Part shown: positions 24,301 through 36,079 of the stretch, in pieces
How positions within the stretch are numbered: the stretch's first letter is position 1
Layout of the letters: every line of letters begins with the position of its first letter
DNA from: Vitrella brassicaformis CCMP3155
Lineage: Eukaryota; Protista; Chromerida
DNA: 64,000 nucleotides
Direction: 5' to 3'
Assembly (NCBI GenBank): GCA_001179505.1
Contig: CDMY01000461.1
Coordinates: 8,066-72,065 of the forward strand
Program-made: the position numbers and the translations under genes
The notes under the pieces: model-generated
Told to the model about the DNA's origin: nothing
What the model saw: the letters and a program-made list of their open reading frames with translations, nothing else
Databases searched by the model: none

Positions 24301-26335
24301 GGACGGGCCAGCCTGCCCCGACATCCAGGTTGCCAAGAGCACCCTCTTCAGCGACTTCGCCAACATCGGTGGCGGCCAGATCGACGAGAGCGGTGACGAG
24401 AAGGAGGAGATGGACAGAGGGGAGGGGCAGGAGGACGGTGGTTTCGATAAGGAGGGGACGCCTGCAGATGTTGGAGACAAGGAGGAGGTGAGCGACGCGG
24501 AAGAAAGAGTGAACTTCATCCATATCATCGGTCCGTCTCTGTGTGTCGCTGTGTCTGCAGAAGGGTGGTTGCGAGGAGGAGGGGGAGGCAGAGAACCGCG
24601 AGGAGAGTGTGGAGCCGCCCATGTTCCTCTCCCTCGACTATTGGAAACGATTCCAGGTGGGCACATGCACAGTGTACACACGCGCCGCGCCCAGATGATG
24701 CACTGCACACGACAGAGCGCTATGGTCACTCACCTGCTGCCGCATGTATGTGTGTCTTGCTTGTCAGGACATGTGTGTTGAAGATCCCATTGAGACCGAT
24801 CGCATCCTCGCCTGCGACCGACAGGTACGGTACCTACCTGACCTGCATTGATCCATCTGCCCACCTGATGCACGTGTCCCCTTCGCCCGCCTTCGCTTCT
24901 CCAGGGGCAGGAGCGCATGGCGTTTGAGTTCCGTCGTGCCCTCATGCTGCTCGCCACCGGCCAGCCCATCAGCCGCATTGCCGAGGAGTTCAACCCGCCC
25001 GTCGACCCCAATCGCCGTGGCGCACCCCGTGGTCCAGATGAGACCGTCCCGCACTATCCCCCCTCACCGGACATGCTGCTGCCGCCGCCCGAGGCTGTTG
25101 TGCAGCCACAGCCCGCCCCGTCCCCGTCGCCCCCACGCAAGGAAAAGGACAAGGACAAGGAGAAAGACAAGGACAAGGAGCCCAAGGAGAAGCAGCAGGT
25201 CCAGACCAAGAAGGCCCCTGCGGCTGCCAGCGCTTCTTCCGGCAGCAAGCAGGGCGGCAAGGCGGACAAGGGCATGCAGAAGGGCAAGGCCTCGGCCACA
25301 GCGAGGCAGCAGCCATTCCCTTCTCTCGTCTCTGCTCCCCAGCCTACCACCCCTCCCCAGCCCCCTCCCCCTCCATCCATGCCACATCCGGCTCGTGGTC
25401 TGTTCGGTCCTTCGCCCTCGCCCTCGCCCCCTGGCAGAATGGCGGGCCGCGGCATTCTTCCTGCCGGCATGGGTCATGGCGTGCCCCCTCAGCCGCAGCA
25501 AAGCTACCCTCCCCCGACCATCATCAGCCCCCCACCCTCGCTGATCGCCCCACCCCCACAGCAGCAGCAGTACTACAACGTGTCGCAGGCCCAAGGCCTC
25601 ATGGACCAGCTCATGGGCATGCAGCAGCAACAGCAGCCCCTGCAGCAGCAGCAGCAGCAGCAGCAGCCGGCGGGAGATGGCGGGACGTCCAAGCGCAAGA
25701 AGGGTGGTGCTTGGCAGGTGCCGTCGCCACCACAGCCGCTGGCGGGTCAGGAGCCCCCATTCCGTCCCGTATCCTTGCAGACGGTGCCTGAGCCGGAGCC
25801 ATTCGTCCGCTTCACGTCCCACACCTCCACCCTACCCCCTCCCCCATCCACCGAGACCTCTGTCGCGCCACAGAAGAAGCCACGAGGCAAGACCACGAAC
25901 CGCTTCAGGCAGCAGCAGCAGCTCAACGACATCTCAGAGGAGCCCGTTGATGAAGTTGCAGTCACCAAGAGCGACGCCGGCGACCGAGCTGCCGAGTCCT
26001 TGTATGCCACCCCCGAGCGGCCGCAGGGTGGGGGTGGTCTCAATCGGGCCATGTCTGAGCGGGGCAGTGTGTCGCCGGGTCCGATCCTGCTGCGGCATGC
26101 GCATGGAGTGTTCGCCGGCATGGGTGTGAAGCCGAGCGAGGGCAAGGAGGGCGAGGATGGGGTGAACAAGGAGGGTGAGGACGGTGGTGTGAGCAGAGGC
26201 GTGTCGTCGAGTGCAAGTGCATCAGGGAGTGCAGAGGGCGGGGAGGGAGAGGCCAAGGGGAAGGGCAGAAGGTCTGGTGGCTGGTTGTCGTTCTTCGGTG
26301 GTGGTGGTGGTGGTGGCAAGAAGGGCAAAGAGTGA
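21309..26335 (+). CDS. Cid1/TUTase-family RNA terminal nucleotidyltransferase with PAP-associated domain and long Pro/Gln/Gly-rich C-terminus
   Basis: Contains YGSVVSGLATSGSDVDMV (GS..DxD), ARVPVV, VDITFENPLGIHNSKLL, FVKKWVKARGL..GYLSSYAWSLLVVFYMQ, LLYEFFKFY and the nucleotide-recognition motif VEDPIETDR. Many GT-AG introns. Confidence 0.92.
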
Positions 26336-26981
26336 GTCTTGAGTGAGTCAGAGAGTCATGCTTGAGTGATACAGGCACCATACACACAGATCATCAGAGT
26401 GAGACACTGCCTTTGTTTGAGTGAGAGGTGGGTGCGTTGGGGATGGGTGCATCGGGTTGATCCTGATTGAGTTGTTCGTTGCAAGGAGACTCTTTCGTGT
26501 GTTGACGTGTTGTTCCTGTCCATCATGCGCATGAGTGTGTTCGTCGGATTCGTCGATCCAACGAAACACGCTTGTACGCACGATGGTGAGGGACTGCACT
26601 GCGACACGTCGGACCGCTCAACACGTCACGACTGCCGCCTGGTCGGGAAACCCTAACAGATGGCCCCAAACCAGCAGCTCGCACTCCCTTTCGCTCGGTC
26701 CTCAACTTGTTCGCGACGGCGCCTGGCGGCTCTATGCCCCGGATACTCACATGGGGAGAGTGAGGGCAAGTACACAACCAGCCCCGGCCCCACCTACAGA
26801 AGAACAAGGTGATGAACGTCAAGGCCCATCCATCAACACTGGTCTCTGTCCACGGTGCCGTCGAGTAGCCACAGAGCCTATCGAGCGCATCGTCATTGCA
26901 ACTGGGCTGAGAGGCTCGGTGTTGCGGCCTCGCCACTGCAGTGGGCCTTGCCGTCTGTGAGTGAGTGGAGGAAGGATAAGG

Positions 26982-29900
26982 ATGCGTGTGCGGTGGGGGT
27001 CGTCTCTGATTGGCCTTGCTGTTTCGCTGGGGGTCCGCATGACTGTGGCTGAGGTCGTCAAGCCATCAGAAGACTTCTCGTGTCACGGTACGCACTGTAC
27101 GCCATCTCTGCAATAACCTCTGCAATGGATCCTCATTCCGGTGTCCGTACTGACATGCAGATTGCACTGCTCACGCGGATCTGCGTCTTGTCAAGCCTGG
27201 CGCCCAGGCGGACATTGCGTCAAAGTGTTTCTCCCCTGCTCCCCCTTCCTTCCTTGAATCGTCTTCTCTCGAGTCATCGGTCATCCCCCACACCGGCCCC
27301 TCACACACAAGACGGAGAAAGAAACATGACGCCGGCTCTTTCTCTCATGCGGCTCACAAACGCTCTCTCGACGCTACCGTTGGGTAGGAAGGCCAGCCTG
27401 CCGGAAATGACACGGCAGCCGGCGATGAGGCGGCGTCAGCTGCTCAGCCTGATCCGATGGAGATCGAGGGGGTGTCACGGTGCTGCTCGGAGTGCCTGAA
27501 GACACCTGGTTGTGAGATATGGCAGTATAGGATAGATACGGCGTGCTGCGACCTATTCTCGGACAAGTTTATGACCAAGGGAGCGGAGCGGAGCAACAAG
27601 ACCGTCGTTGGGATGCCTCTGCCAAGTAAGACGACAGTGCTCATGAGGTTCATTGGTGGTGGATGCGGGCCTTTTCCCCCTCAGTTCGCAAGCCGGATGG
27701 CGGGATCTTCATTCGAGACGCCACTGAGATCGACAACAACACCTATCTGTCCTATCGGGCCGTCGGCAAAGGTAGGTCAGACACCCATTATTCTCTCGCG
27801 CCTTGATGCCCACTATCTGTCCAGACATTCTGAGTGACGTCGCCCCGCTGCCGCGCTTCCCTTACGACTTCGCCTTCGCCACGACCAAAGGCGAGATGCA
27901 GGAGTCGCTCAAGGACGACTACAACTGCATCAAGGTGCTGAGCAATCGGGACAAGGAGGGCTACTTCTGTGCCAAGAAGGGGCTGGCGGACCTCAAGATG
28001 GAATGGCTCGTCAAAGCCGACGCCAACAAGCAGTGTGTCAAGATCGCTACCGACGACACGTCGGAGGATGGATACCTCTGCTTTGAGGGATGGCCGCAGG
28101 TGTGTGTGAAGTGGCTGCATTGCATACGTCTGTCGATCTGTCGGTGAGTGAGTGTGTCTGTATGCAGGCCGCAGACTTGGTGTTTGTTAGCGGGGGTGCC
28201 TTGGGTCTTGAGAAGAGGGAGACCTGCATGAGATGGGTGCCCACCCTCGGCTACAAGACCTGGACAGAAGCCTACCTATGCGCACGCACGTGAGTCCAAC
28301 CGAAGGGCAATGAATCAACACACACAGAGTGAACACCCAACACAACAAACACACATAAATGCATCCCACCACCAGGCCAGCACGACAACCCCAAGCTCTA
28401 CACGAAGCTGGCGGTGCCTTCCTGCAAGCAGGTGGAGGTGTGCAACACGACAGCAGGGGATCTGTGCGCCCTGACCAACAACCCCCAAGACATGAAATGC
28501 CAAACACAGGCCACGCAGTAAGCAGACACACAGATGAAACGAACGAAGAGCTGATGTGAGTGGCACATGTCGCCTGGCCTTAGCAATGAGTTCCTGGGCA
28601 ACGTGAGTCGGTCCGAGGGCGGCTGGCAGGGCAAGCTCTTCTGCGCAAACTGGGACAAGACATTCATCGCAAACCCAGGCAGGCACAACCACACCACGCA
28701 GACAGAAACATCTTGAGACACACAACACCTTCCTGCTCTCTCCCCCCCTCACATCTATCAGAGTTCCAGGCGGAGAACAAGCCCCCCAATCAGCGCAACG
28801 AGTGGTGGCTGATCCTCATCTCGCCCGACCACAGGCTGGGTGACAAGTTCAGAGTGGAGGAGGCCCGGTGCTGCGAGACCGCCTTTGGGGCCCCCTGTGT
28901 GAAGACCTTCCCCGAGGGCGCCCAGCGTCTGGCGGCCACCATCCTTAACGAGACACTGATTGTGGTCAAGGGCGACGCGGGGATGCTCAAGAATGTGGGG
29001 GAGACGGAGCAAACCTTCAAGCTGCTCGAGAAGGAATACCTCCTCGAATGCACCGGAGGTCAGTGGTGGTGGCTGCCTTGCCGTTCATTTCTCGCTGTGT
29101 TGTCTGTCTGTTTCTTTCCTTCAGATGGGCCAGATGAGGGCTGCGAGAGTATCCAGCCACCACACCCACCCATGTGGCAGCAAACTAGCCAGGCCTCCAC
29201 GCGCTGTTGTGTGTGTGCTTTCGCAGGGGGTATACAGCTTCGAGAAGCCCGAGCACGGAGATCAGGTCTACTGGATCGACGCACTACCAGAACCCGAATT
29301 TCGCAACTACTTCGGCCAGCTCGTGTCGTGCCAGCGACCGAGAAGGTGCGAGACGCTCTGCCTCGTCAAGCGGCCCACATACCCCCCTGGGGAATGCTCA
29401 GTCACCGATTTCGGTACCTTATGTGTCCATAACACGCAGCCGTGGCCAGTGTTGTGTCTATGTGTCTGTTGCGTTGTGTCAGGCAATCCGTGTCTCGGGG
29501 TCGGGCCGAAGAAGGTGGTCGAGCAGACGCTGCACTTCGTGCAGGGCCCGCCCCTGCTGCCGGTGGAGTGGCTGGGGCACTTCCTGCGCAACGGCACCAA
29601 GGAGGAGGTCTACCAGATAGTGCAGCACGCGGGCGTCCGATTCCCAAAGAAAAAGAAAGGTCAGATAATGCAGGGCCATGTCTCTCTCTCTGCCTCTCGG
29701 TGCATCAGGACCTACCTGTGTATGCTATGCTGGGTGGTCTGGTCAGTCGCTGCCAAGAAGGGCGCGAACGGGTGCTGCATGGTGCGTGACGATAAGGACG
29801 AGACCAAGCTCCTCAAGACCTGCGACAGAAAGAACCCCATCCCTGTCGAGCGGTTCATACTCGAAACCATGCGCGACGAACCAGACCCAGTCCCTTGCAA

Positions 29901-32523
29901 AGGTCAACTTCTTCTCCCCATCCACCACAAACACACAAACACACAAACACACACTCAGAGGTCTCTTTCCTTGGTCCCTCCCGTCTTTCAGATTCCCACG
30001 GCAACTGGAGTGAGGTGGGCATCAACGAGGCCTGGGTGTTGGGGTGTCTGGCGGTGGGCGGCGGCTGCAAACTGGGAGTGGGCTCCGAGGAGCTGTGCAA
30101 GGTGGAGTGCGAGCACCTGGAGGCCAAGGAGAAGTGCAACTCGTTCAACTACTTCAACAAAGACGGAAAGCCCAGCTCCGCGGAGTGCTGCCTGCAGTCG
30201 TGTCCGGATGTCACCAACCCCGTCAAGCGGCAAATCAAGCCCAAGGAGCTGCCGGGGTGGAAGAAAATCGTCAATTTTGCCGGTCCGTGCGGCGAAAAGA
30301 GCACTTGCCACCGTCTGTCTGTATGCATGTCTCACTGTGTGTTGTGCATTTGCGCACAACCAGCAACCGAGGGAATCGACGTCAGCCAGCTTAAATTCCG
30401 TAAGCCCTTTATCAATGGGGAGAGACATGGAGGCACGAAAGAAGCTCTCTCCCTTTCTGTTGTGTGTGATTTGCAGCGTCTCCGGGGTGCAGTGCGGTGG
30501 TTTTGCAGAACAGGGATGCCAACAACGGCGTCTACTCGTTCAACATCGACGGCATCCCCTTCAAGTCGTACTGTGTCTTCGACCGCACCAGGGGACACAT
30601 ATGGACGCTCATTAGGTCGGTCATGTACCAGGACTTTCTGCACAAGGAGGGCTTCGGCAGCACGGCACTCACCGACGACTACTTTGGGGCGGTGAATGTG
30701 AGCAACCTCACCGAGATAACGCACGTCAACGAGCCGCCACAAAGGGTCTCCTTCGACCTGGGATATACCGGTGCGTCTGTGAGAAGAGGTTGTGGCTGGT
30801 CATTGGACCACAGGTGGACGATTTGTGTGTGTGTGTGTTGGGTGTGGCAGATGTACCTAGCAAGCTGTTGACGAGCAAGGCGGCCGAGTGGACGCACTTC
30901 CTGGCCACGTGCGACTTCAACACCGACATGGACGAGGACTTCATGCTCTTCGAATTTCGAAAAGGAGACCAATTCCCACTCGCCCTCAACAGTGACGCCC
31001 CATCATGCCAGCACCTCGAAGCGTCAGACACCCCAACCCAACTCAACCCACCAGACCCGCCCCCTGCCTCTCTATGCGGATCTCTCTCTCTCTCTCTCTC
31101 ACTCAGATATACTCTATTGCACAAGCATTGTAAGGGCGAAAAGTGCCAGCTGCCGATTTCGCAGAAGACGGGTGAGACATCCTTCCACGTCAACCCGGTT
31201 CAGCCGTGCGAAGGGGACGATACGCTTAAGGGCGTCAGCTTGAAAGAGAAGGAGAAGTTCTTCGGCTCCTATGAGCGGCCGCCAGAGGGGGAGCGGTTCA
31301 TGTGTGCCGCTTCGAAGGTGTCGATTACCAACTTCTGGCTGGGGGAAAAGTGTAAGCACCCAGACGTTCGACAAGCCAAGTGTTGTCATGTCCCTCTGTG
31401 TGTCTGTCCCTATGTGTGTGTCATGCGTGGTCAGTTCCGTCTCCTCACGAGAACTGCGGTCATTTCTTCTCGTGGGATTTGAAGCCGGGGTTCAAGTGTG
31501 TTGGGGAGATGATAAGGGAGCTGGACTGGGTGGGCATGTACGGCACCAACAGAACCAAAAAGGAAATGGTCTGCAGGGGCGCATTCCGCGCTCAACGCAC
31601 TGTGTCTCGCATACTCGTTAGAGGTGAGAAATCGAGCCATCAGACACGTCAGTCAGGGGTCCCCTGTGTTGGTTGGGTTTGGTGGGTTGTATTCCCGATA
31701 TATCAGGTCGACCCCGAAGACCAGACGAAGAGCTCCTGCACGCTGTGCAAGACCTCAGAGCCTGCGGATAAGGTGTTTGAGAAGAAGCAGGGCGTGTGGA
31801 GCGGGTACAAGGTGTTCGACTACGCCGACAACGGCTCACCCAGGCCGTGCACACACTCGGACGCATGCTTCGCCGACGCACAGAGGAGCGAAACAGGTGA
31901 CTGAACGTGCACAGAGACACGGAGGGCATTCATGTGAGAGAGTGTGTGTGGGTGTGTGAAGGTGTTGGTACGACCTGCGATTGGGCTGAGACGCCAGGCA
32001 AGAAGGGCTCCCCTGCTGTGCCGGCGAAAAGAGTGGCCCAGTTCAGTGTGCACGATACGGCCAGAGAAGAACCTGACCAAGACGTTCTATGCAGGCAAGC
32101 CATTCTCCCTCCCTCCCCGCTTCCCCCCCGACACACACACACACACACACCCCACCCACCGACAATCTTCCTTACGTCTACATGCGTCTCTCTCTCTCTG
32201 ACTCTCTGTGTGTGTGGCTGTGTGTGTGGCTGTGTGTTGGCGTCAGAGCGTACATGATGGAGGTGATGTTATCATGGAAGCACCACAACATCGGGTGCTA
32301 TGAGGTGCACAAGGAGCGGGGCGACATCACCGTCTGCAACCTATACAACTCTACCGTCATGTGGACTGCCGGCGGCTCCTTTCGAGCAGGAAGAGTCACG
32401 TTCCCGCTCTGCCCACACATAGAGAGAAAGAGGCCGCCTGTGGCTATGCTGGCGGGCAATAGGACATCAGAGTCTGCTGTGGATAGTGGCAACATGACTC
32501 TAATAAGCCTTGTGGACAGATGA
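26982..32523 (+). CDS. Large secreted Cys-rich multidomain protein (signal peptide, PAN/apple-like modules, fibrinogen/NEC-like module), more than 15 exons
   Basis: Signal-like start MRVRWGSSLIGLAVSLGVRMTVA. PAN-like RCCSECLKTPGCEIWQY..CCDLF and LCKVEC..KCNSFNY..ECCL. Fibrinogen-like NGVYSFNIDGIPFKSYCVFD..WTLI. The traced exons join by GT-AG; stop at 32521-32523. The junction near 27385 is uncertain. Confidence 0.75.
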
Positions 32524-32864
32524 CGCCCGCCTTTCTGCCTCTGTGCCTCTCTCTGTGTTTTTGGCGGTTTGGTCGATGTGTGTGGCGTCTTGCTGCCTTT
32601 GGGGCGGGCAGATAAGTGTGTGCATCGCACTGTGTCTGCATTTGCTGTGATCGCAATCGCGCCTTGAGCGGCACGGACCCCTGCATGTGAACTTTCACGT
32701 AACCCTGCCAGAGCGAAGTCCACACGAACATGACACGCATCCACTCTACTGTAGAAGAAAGTGCTACCACGAAATGGCGCCACTGCGCGGCGAACAACAG
32801 GCAGCATTCAGCGAACTACCGAGCTACGGCGAGGAAAAGACTGCTACTGAGTGAGAAACAAACA

Positions 32865-34172
32865 TCACTTTCCACCAGCGCATAATCCTCTCCGCTTTGG
32901 AGGCTCGTCAGCCATTATATCTTTGATCAAGGCTGACGACAACAAGAGGCAAGACACAGCAGAGTCAGGTCATTCATTTACCTGTGTCTCACCTCTGTCC
33001 TTTCTGAACTCCGGCTCCCAGAAGTACTTGTAGAGCAGCCGGATCAGCCACGGCACATCCATGGTGAAGGTGTGGAAGCTCTCGGGGGTCATCCAGTCCT
33101 TGCACGCGTCGATAATGCGCGGCAGGCTGATGCGCGCGTCGTTGAGCCCCTGCTGACGCAGAAACCGCTCCAGCATCGCCTCGTACTCAGCCTGCAACGC
33201 GGTGAGATGTGGTGTGTGCATATGCACACACACAGATCCAGGACTCTTATCGTCTCATTCACGCCTGTGTATACCCGCCCCCACCTCAGTGTAGTTCGAT
33301 CGGATGAGGGGCGTAATGAGCTCCTCTTCCTCAGCAAGGTGCTGCTCGAGAGCAGGGAACCACTTCTCAAGGCTCTCACACACGTCCTCGACGATCCGGG
33401 CCTTCCCCCGCCTGCTGGTGGTCGCCGAACGGTATGTTCTTTCGGCTGCGATGATGTCGTCCATGGTCGCCATTAGGGTGGCGTGGGAGCATGTGCACTG
33501 CTCGGGCAGCCTGCCGCACTTCCACTCTGCAAGAGGGGACACAGTGGCGTAACGATAAAGTGGGAAGGATGGTACAGGACCCAATCGCCTACCTAGTGCA
33601 GGAAAGAAGTAGATTTCCTCGTTGTCGTGGTGTCCATGGAGGAATGGATAGAAGTAGAGCCGCCACCACTTGAAGAACCTGCCAGACAGAGAGAAACACA
33701 CCAGCCAGACAGAAGAGTCCCCACTGCAAAGAGCGTCAGGATCCCGGTTGTGAGCACCTCTCTATGCGCCAGTCGTGGCCCAGCTTCAGGTACGGCAGCA
33801 GCTCCTCGGCCCGCCTCATCTCCCGCCGTAGGGCCTCATGCGGCACCAGAAAAGACAGGTCGGCGAAGTCATTCACTGCAAAGGGACACGAGGCATCACA
33901 AGGGACCCTGTCTTGTGTGTCTTTCGATTCTTTTCACCCTCTTTGATGACTCTGCTGGTCAGCTTCTCTGGGATGGCTTTGCCGAGGGGCGGGGCGATTC
34001 TCCCCGTGGACCTTCTGCCTCCAAATGAAGAACGGGGCGAATGGAACATGACCTCGGCTGCTGGTGTCGTGTGCTCCTCCGCGCCTGACCCAGCCGCCAC
34101 CGCCTGCCACGAATTTCGAGCTCGCAGATCGCGATCTACCGCTCTCTCCGCGATCTGATGCCGCAGCGCCAT
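32865..34172 (-). CDS. Hemerythrin (HHE cation-binding) domain protein, 5 exons
   Basis: LVPHEALRREM, FLHGHHDNEEIYFFP, HATL and QHLAEEEELITPL give the H..HxxxE..H..HxxxE pattern. Spliced end ALIKDIMADEPPKRRGLCAGGK*. Confidence 0.85.
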
Positions 34173-34265
34173 TCTGGTCGCCAGCGGTGCTTCTCAGAAG
34201 AAATCGGTGACTGCTGATCTTTGGTCACACTGAGGAGGCTTTCCCTGATGCCTGCGCTTCCCACT

Positions 34266-35120
34266 ATGCTTCCCCTGTCCACGGCGGGCCCTTCATCTCC
34301 CTCGGCGCGCAGCAGCGTGAGCATCTCGAGCAGCGCATACACGCACACCTCCTCGGCGAGAGGCGGCTTCGCACGAGGCGGCAGCTCCAGCTTCATGATG
34401 CCCTACCTGTCCCAGAGCCCTCCCCACCGCTCAGAGTACTTCAGGCGGATCTTTTCGGTCGCCCAGATGGACCTCGAGTACACCTTCGCGCAGATGGTTT
34501 ATCTCATCATCTCGCCTCGCAAGGCCTACCAGTTCGACTCGTATCGCAAGCAGACCAAGAATCAGTGGGCGAGGGACGACCCGGGGTTCGTTGTGGTGCT
34601 CGGCTTCTTTCTCGTCATGAGTGGCCTCGCTTATGCGGCCGCTTTCCGGCTGTCGGGGGTGCGCTTCCTCGTTGCCATGTTCCTGCCGCTGGTGTACTTT
34701 CTGGTGGTGGGTGTGGTGATGGCCAGCGCTTCCTGGTTCCTGGCGAACAAGTATCTGCGGCACTACTACTCGTTCCACGCGGCTGAGCAGACAGTCGAGT
34801 GGATGTATGCGTTCGACATCCACTGCAACGGCACGCTGCTGGCCTTCCTGATATCGCTGGTGCTGCAGTACCCCTTCCTGCCTCTGCTGCTGCCCAAGGG
34901 GTACCTGCCGGCCATTGTGTGCAACACGATCAACGGCGTGGCGGTGTTTTACTACTTCAAGCTGACGATGCAGGGATACAACCAGCTGCCGTTCATCGAG
35001 CAGGCGCAGTACCTGTTCGCCCCGGTGCCCGTCCTGTGGCTGCTGCTCGTGGTGCTGTCGTGTCTGGGCATCAACTCAACCAGATATCTCGTCTACTCGT
35101 TCGTCGGCCTGCTGGCGTGA
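34266..35120 (+). CDS. UNC50: UNC-50/Gmh1 Golgi membrane protein, intronless
   Basis: SEYFRRIF..QMDLEY, YRKQTKNQWARDDPGF and VEWMYAFDIHCNG are family motifs. Several TM segments in one uninterrupted ORF. Confidence 0.95.
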   Translation: MLPLSTAGPSSPSARSSVSISSSAYTHTSSARGGFARGGSSSFMMPYLSQSPPHRSEYFRRIFSVAQMDLEYTFAQMVYLIISPRKAYQFDSYRKQTKNQWARDDPGFVVVLGFFLVMSGLAYAAAFRLSGVRFLVAMFLPLVYFLVVGVVMASASWFLANKYLRHYYSFHAAEQTVEWMYAFDIHCNGTLLAFLISLVLQYPFLPLLLPKGYLPAIVCNTINGVAVFYYFKLTMQGYNQLPFIEQAQYLFAPVPVLWLLLVVLSCLGINSTRYLVYSFVGLLA

Positions 35121-36079
35121 AGAGGAGGGGCATCGATCGCGAGAGTGTGATAGTGTTGTGAGAAGATGGTGTGTTGGGGGGATGCCATATGTACGCTGGA
35201 CGGCTTGCTTTTTCCTGTTATATATACACACTCATTCTGTCGCCGGACCCGCCAGATCAGATTGTGCAATGAATGAATTCGTCATGGCCGATTAGTCATC
35301 GGTCTTAAGACCACACAGGTCGGTCAAGCAAGGCACACATACTCACATTCGCGCATTCACGCACACTTGACGATGAAGTGAGTGAACTGCCAAGTGATAT
35401 AAAATGTAAGCAGCGATGCTCTCTCGTGGGCCAGGACCGCCCATGCAATGAGCCGGTCAATAGAATGGATGGCCATCAGTACAAGACACCCACCAACCCA
35501 TCTCTGTCTGTCTGTCTGCACGAGGGAGGAGGGTGCCAAGCTACCAGCCATCCAGCCATCCAGGCATCAATCCATCGCGTCCACCGCAACATCACAGCAA
35601 CGGTATGAACACACGCTGCAGCCATCCATCCTTCGAGATGCTGACAGACAGACAGACAGACAGACATGTGACGGTCATCCATCGAGCAGCCGACTCATGC
35701 GATGGATGCCAAGCTGGCTACACAATGCGGCGAACCTGCCTGCCTGCAGCGTGCTGGCTACCACCCACCCTCCCACGAAGCCACCCGCCCCCATAGTGAG
35801 TAGTATGTATGTCTTCTATCTATCTATCGCTCGCCAGCCGACATGACTCGTTGGCCCCCGCCCCTCCCTCTCCCTCGCCCTCGTCTTGGGCGGAACGCGC
35901 CGGCAGGATCGGCCCGGCGATCGACGCGCGTGTGGGTGGGACGCACTGCGCCAGGGCGGCCACCACGTGGGGGTCTGGCTGCCCCACGTACGCCGACGCC
36001 CTCACTGGCCTCGGACCATCGGCCTTCTCGCGAATGAACAGCTCGATGGCAGCCGAGGGGTCCTGCGCGTGCCTGTCGG

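Noticed and set aside
9248-27387. Genome-wide reassignment of TAG (ciliate-like code), suggested by in-frame TAGs at 9248, 13561 and 27385
   Set aside because: TAG is the normal terminator of eIF3k, CFAP97-like, IspF, both BTB genes, the zinc-finger gene, USP5/13 and DGAT2, and no well-conserved gene contains an internal TAG.
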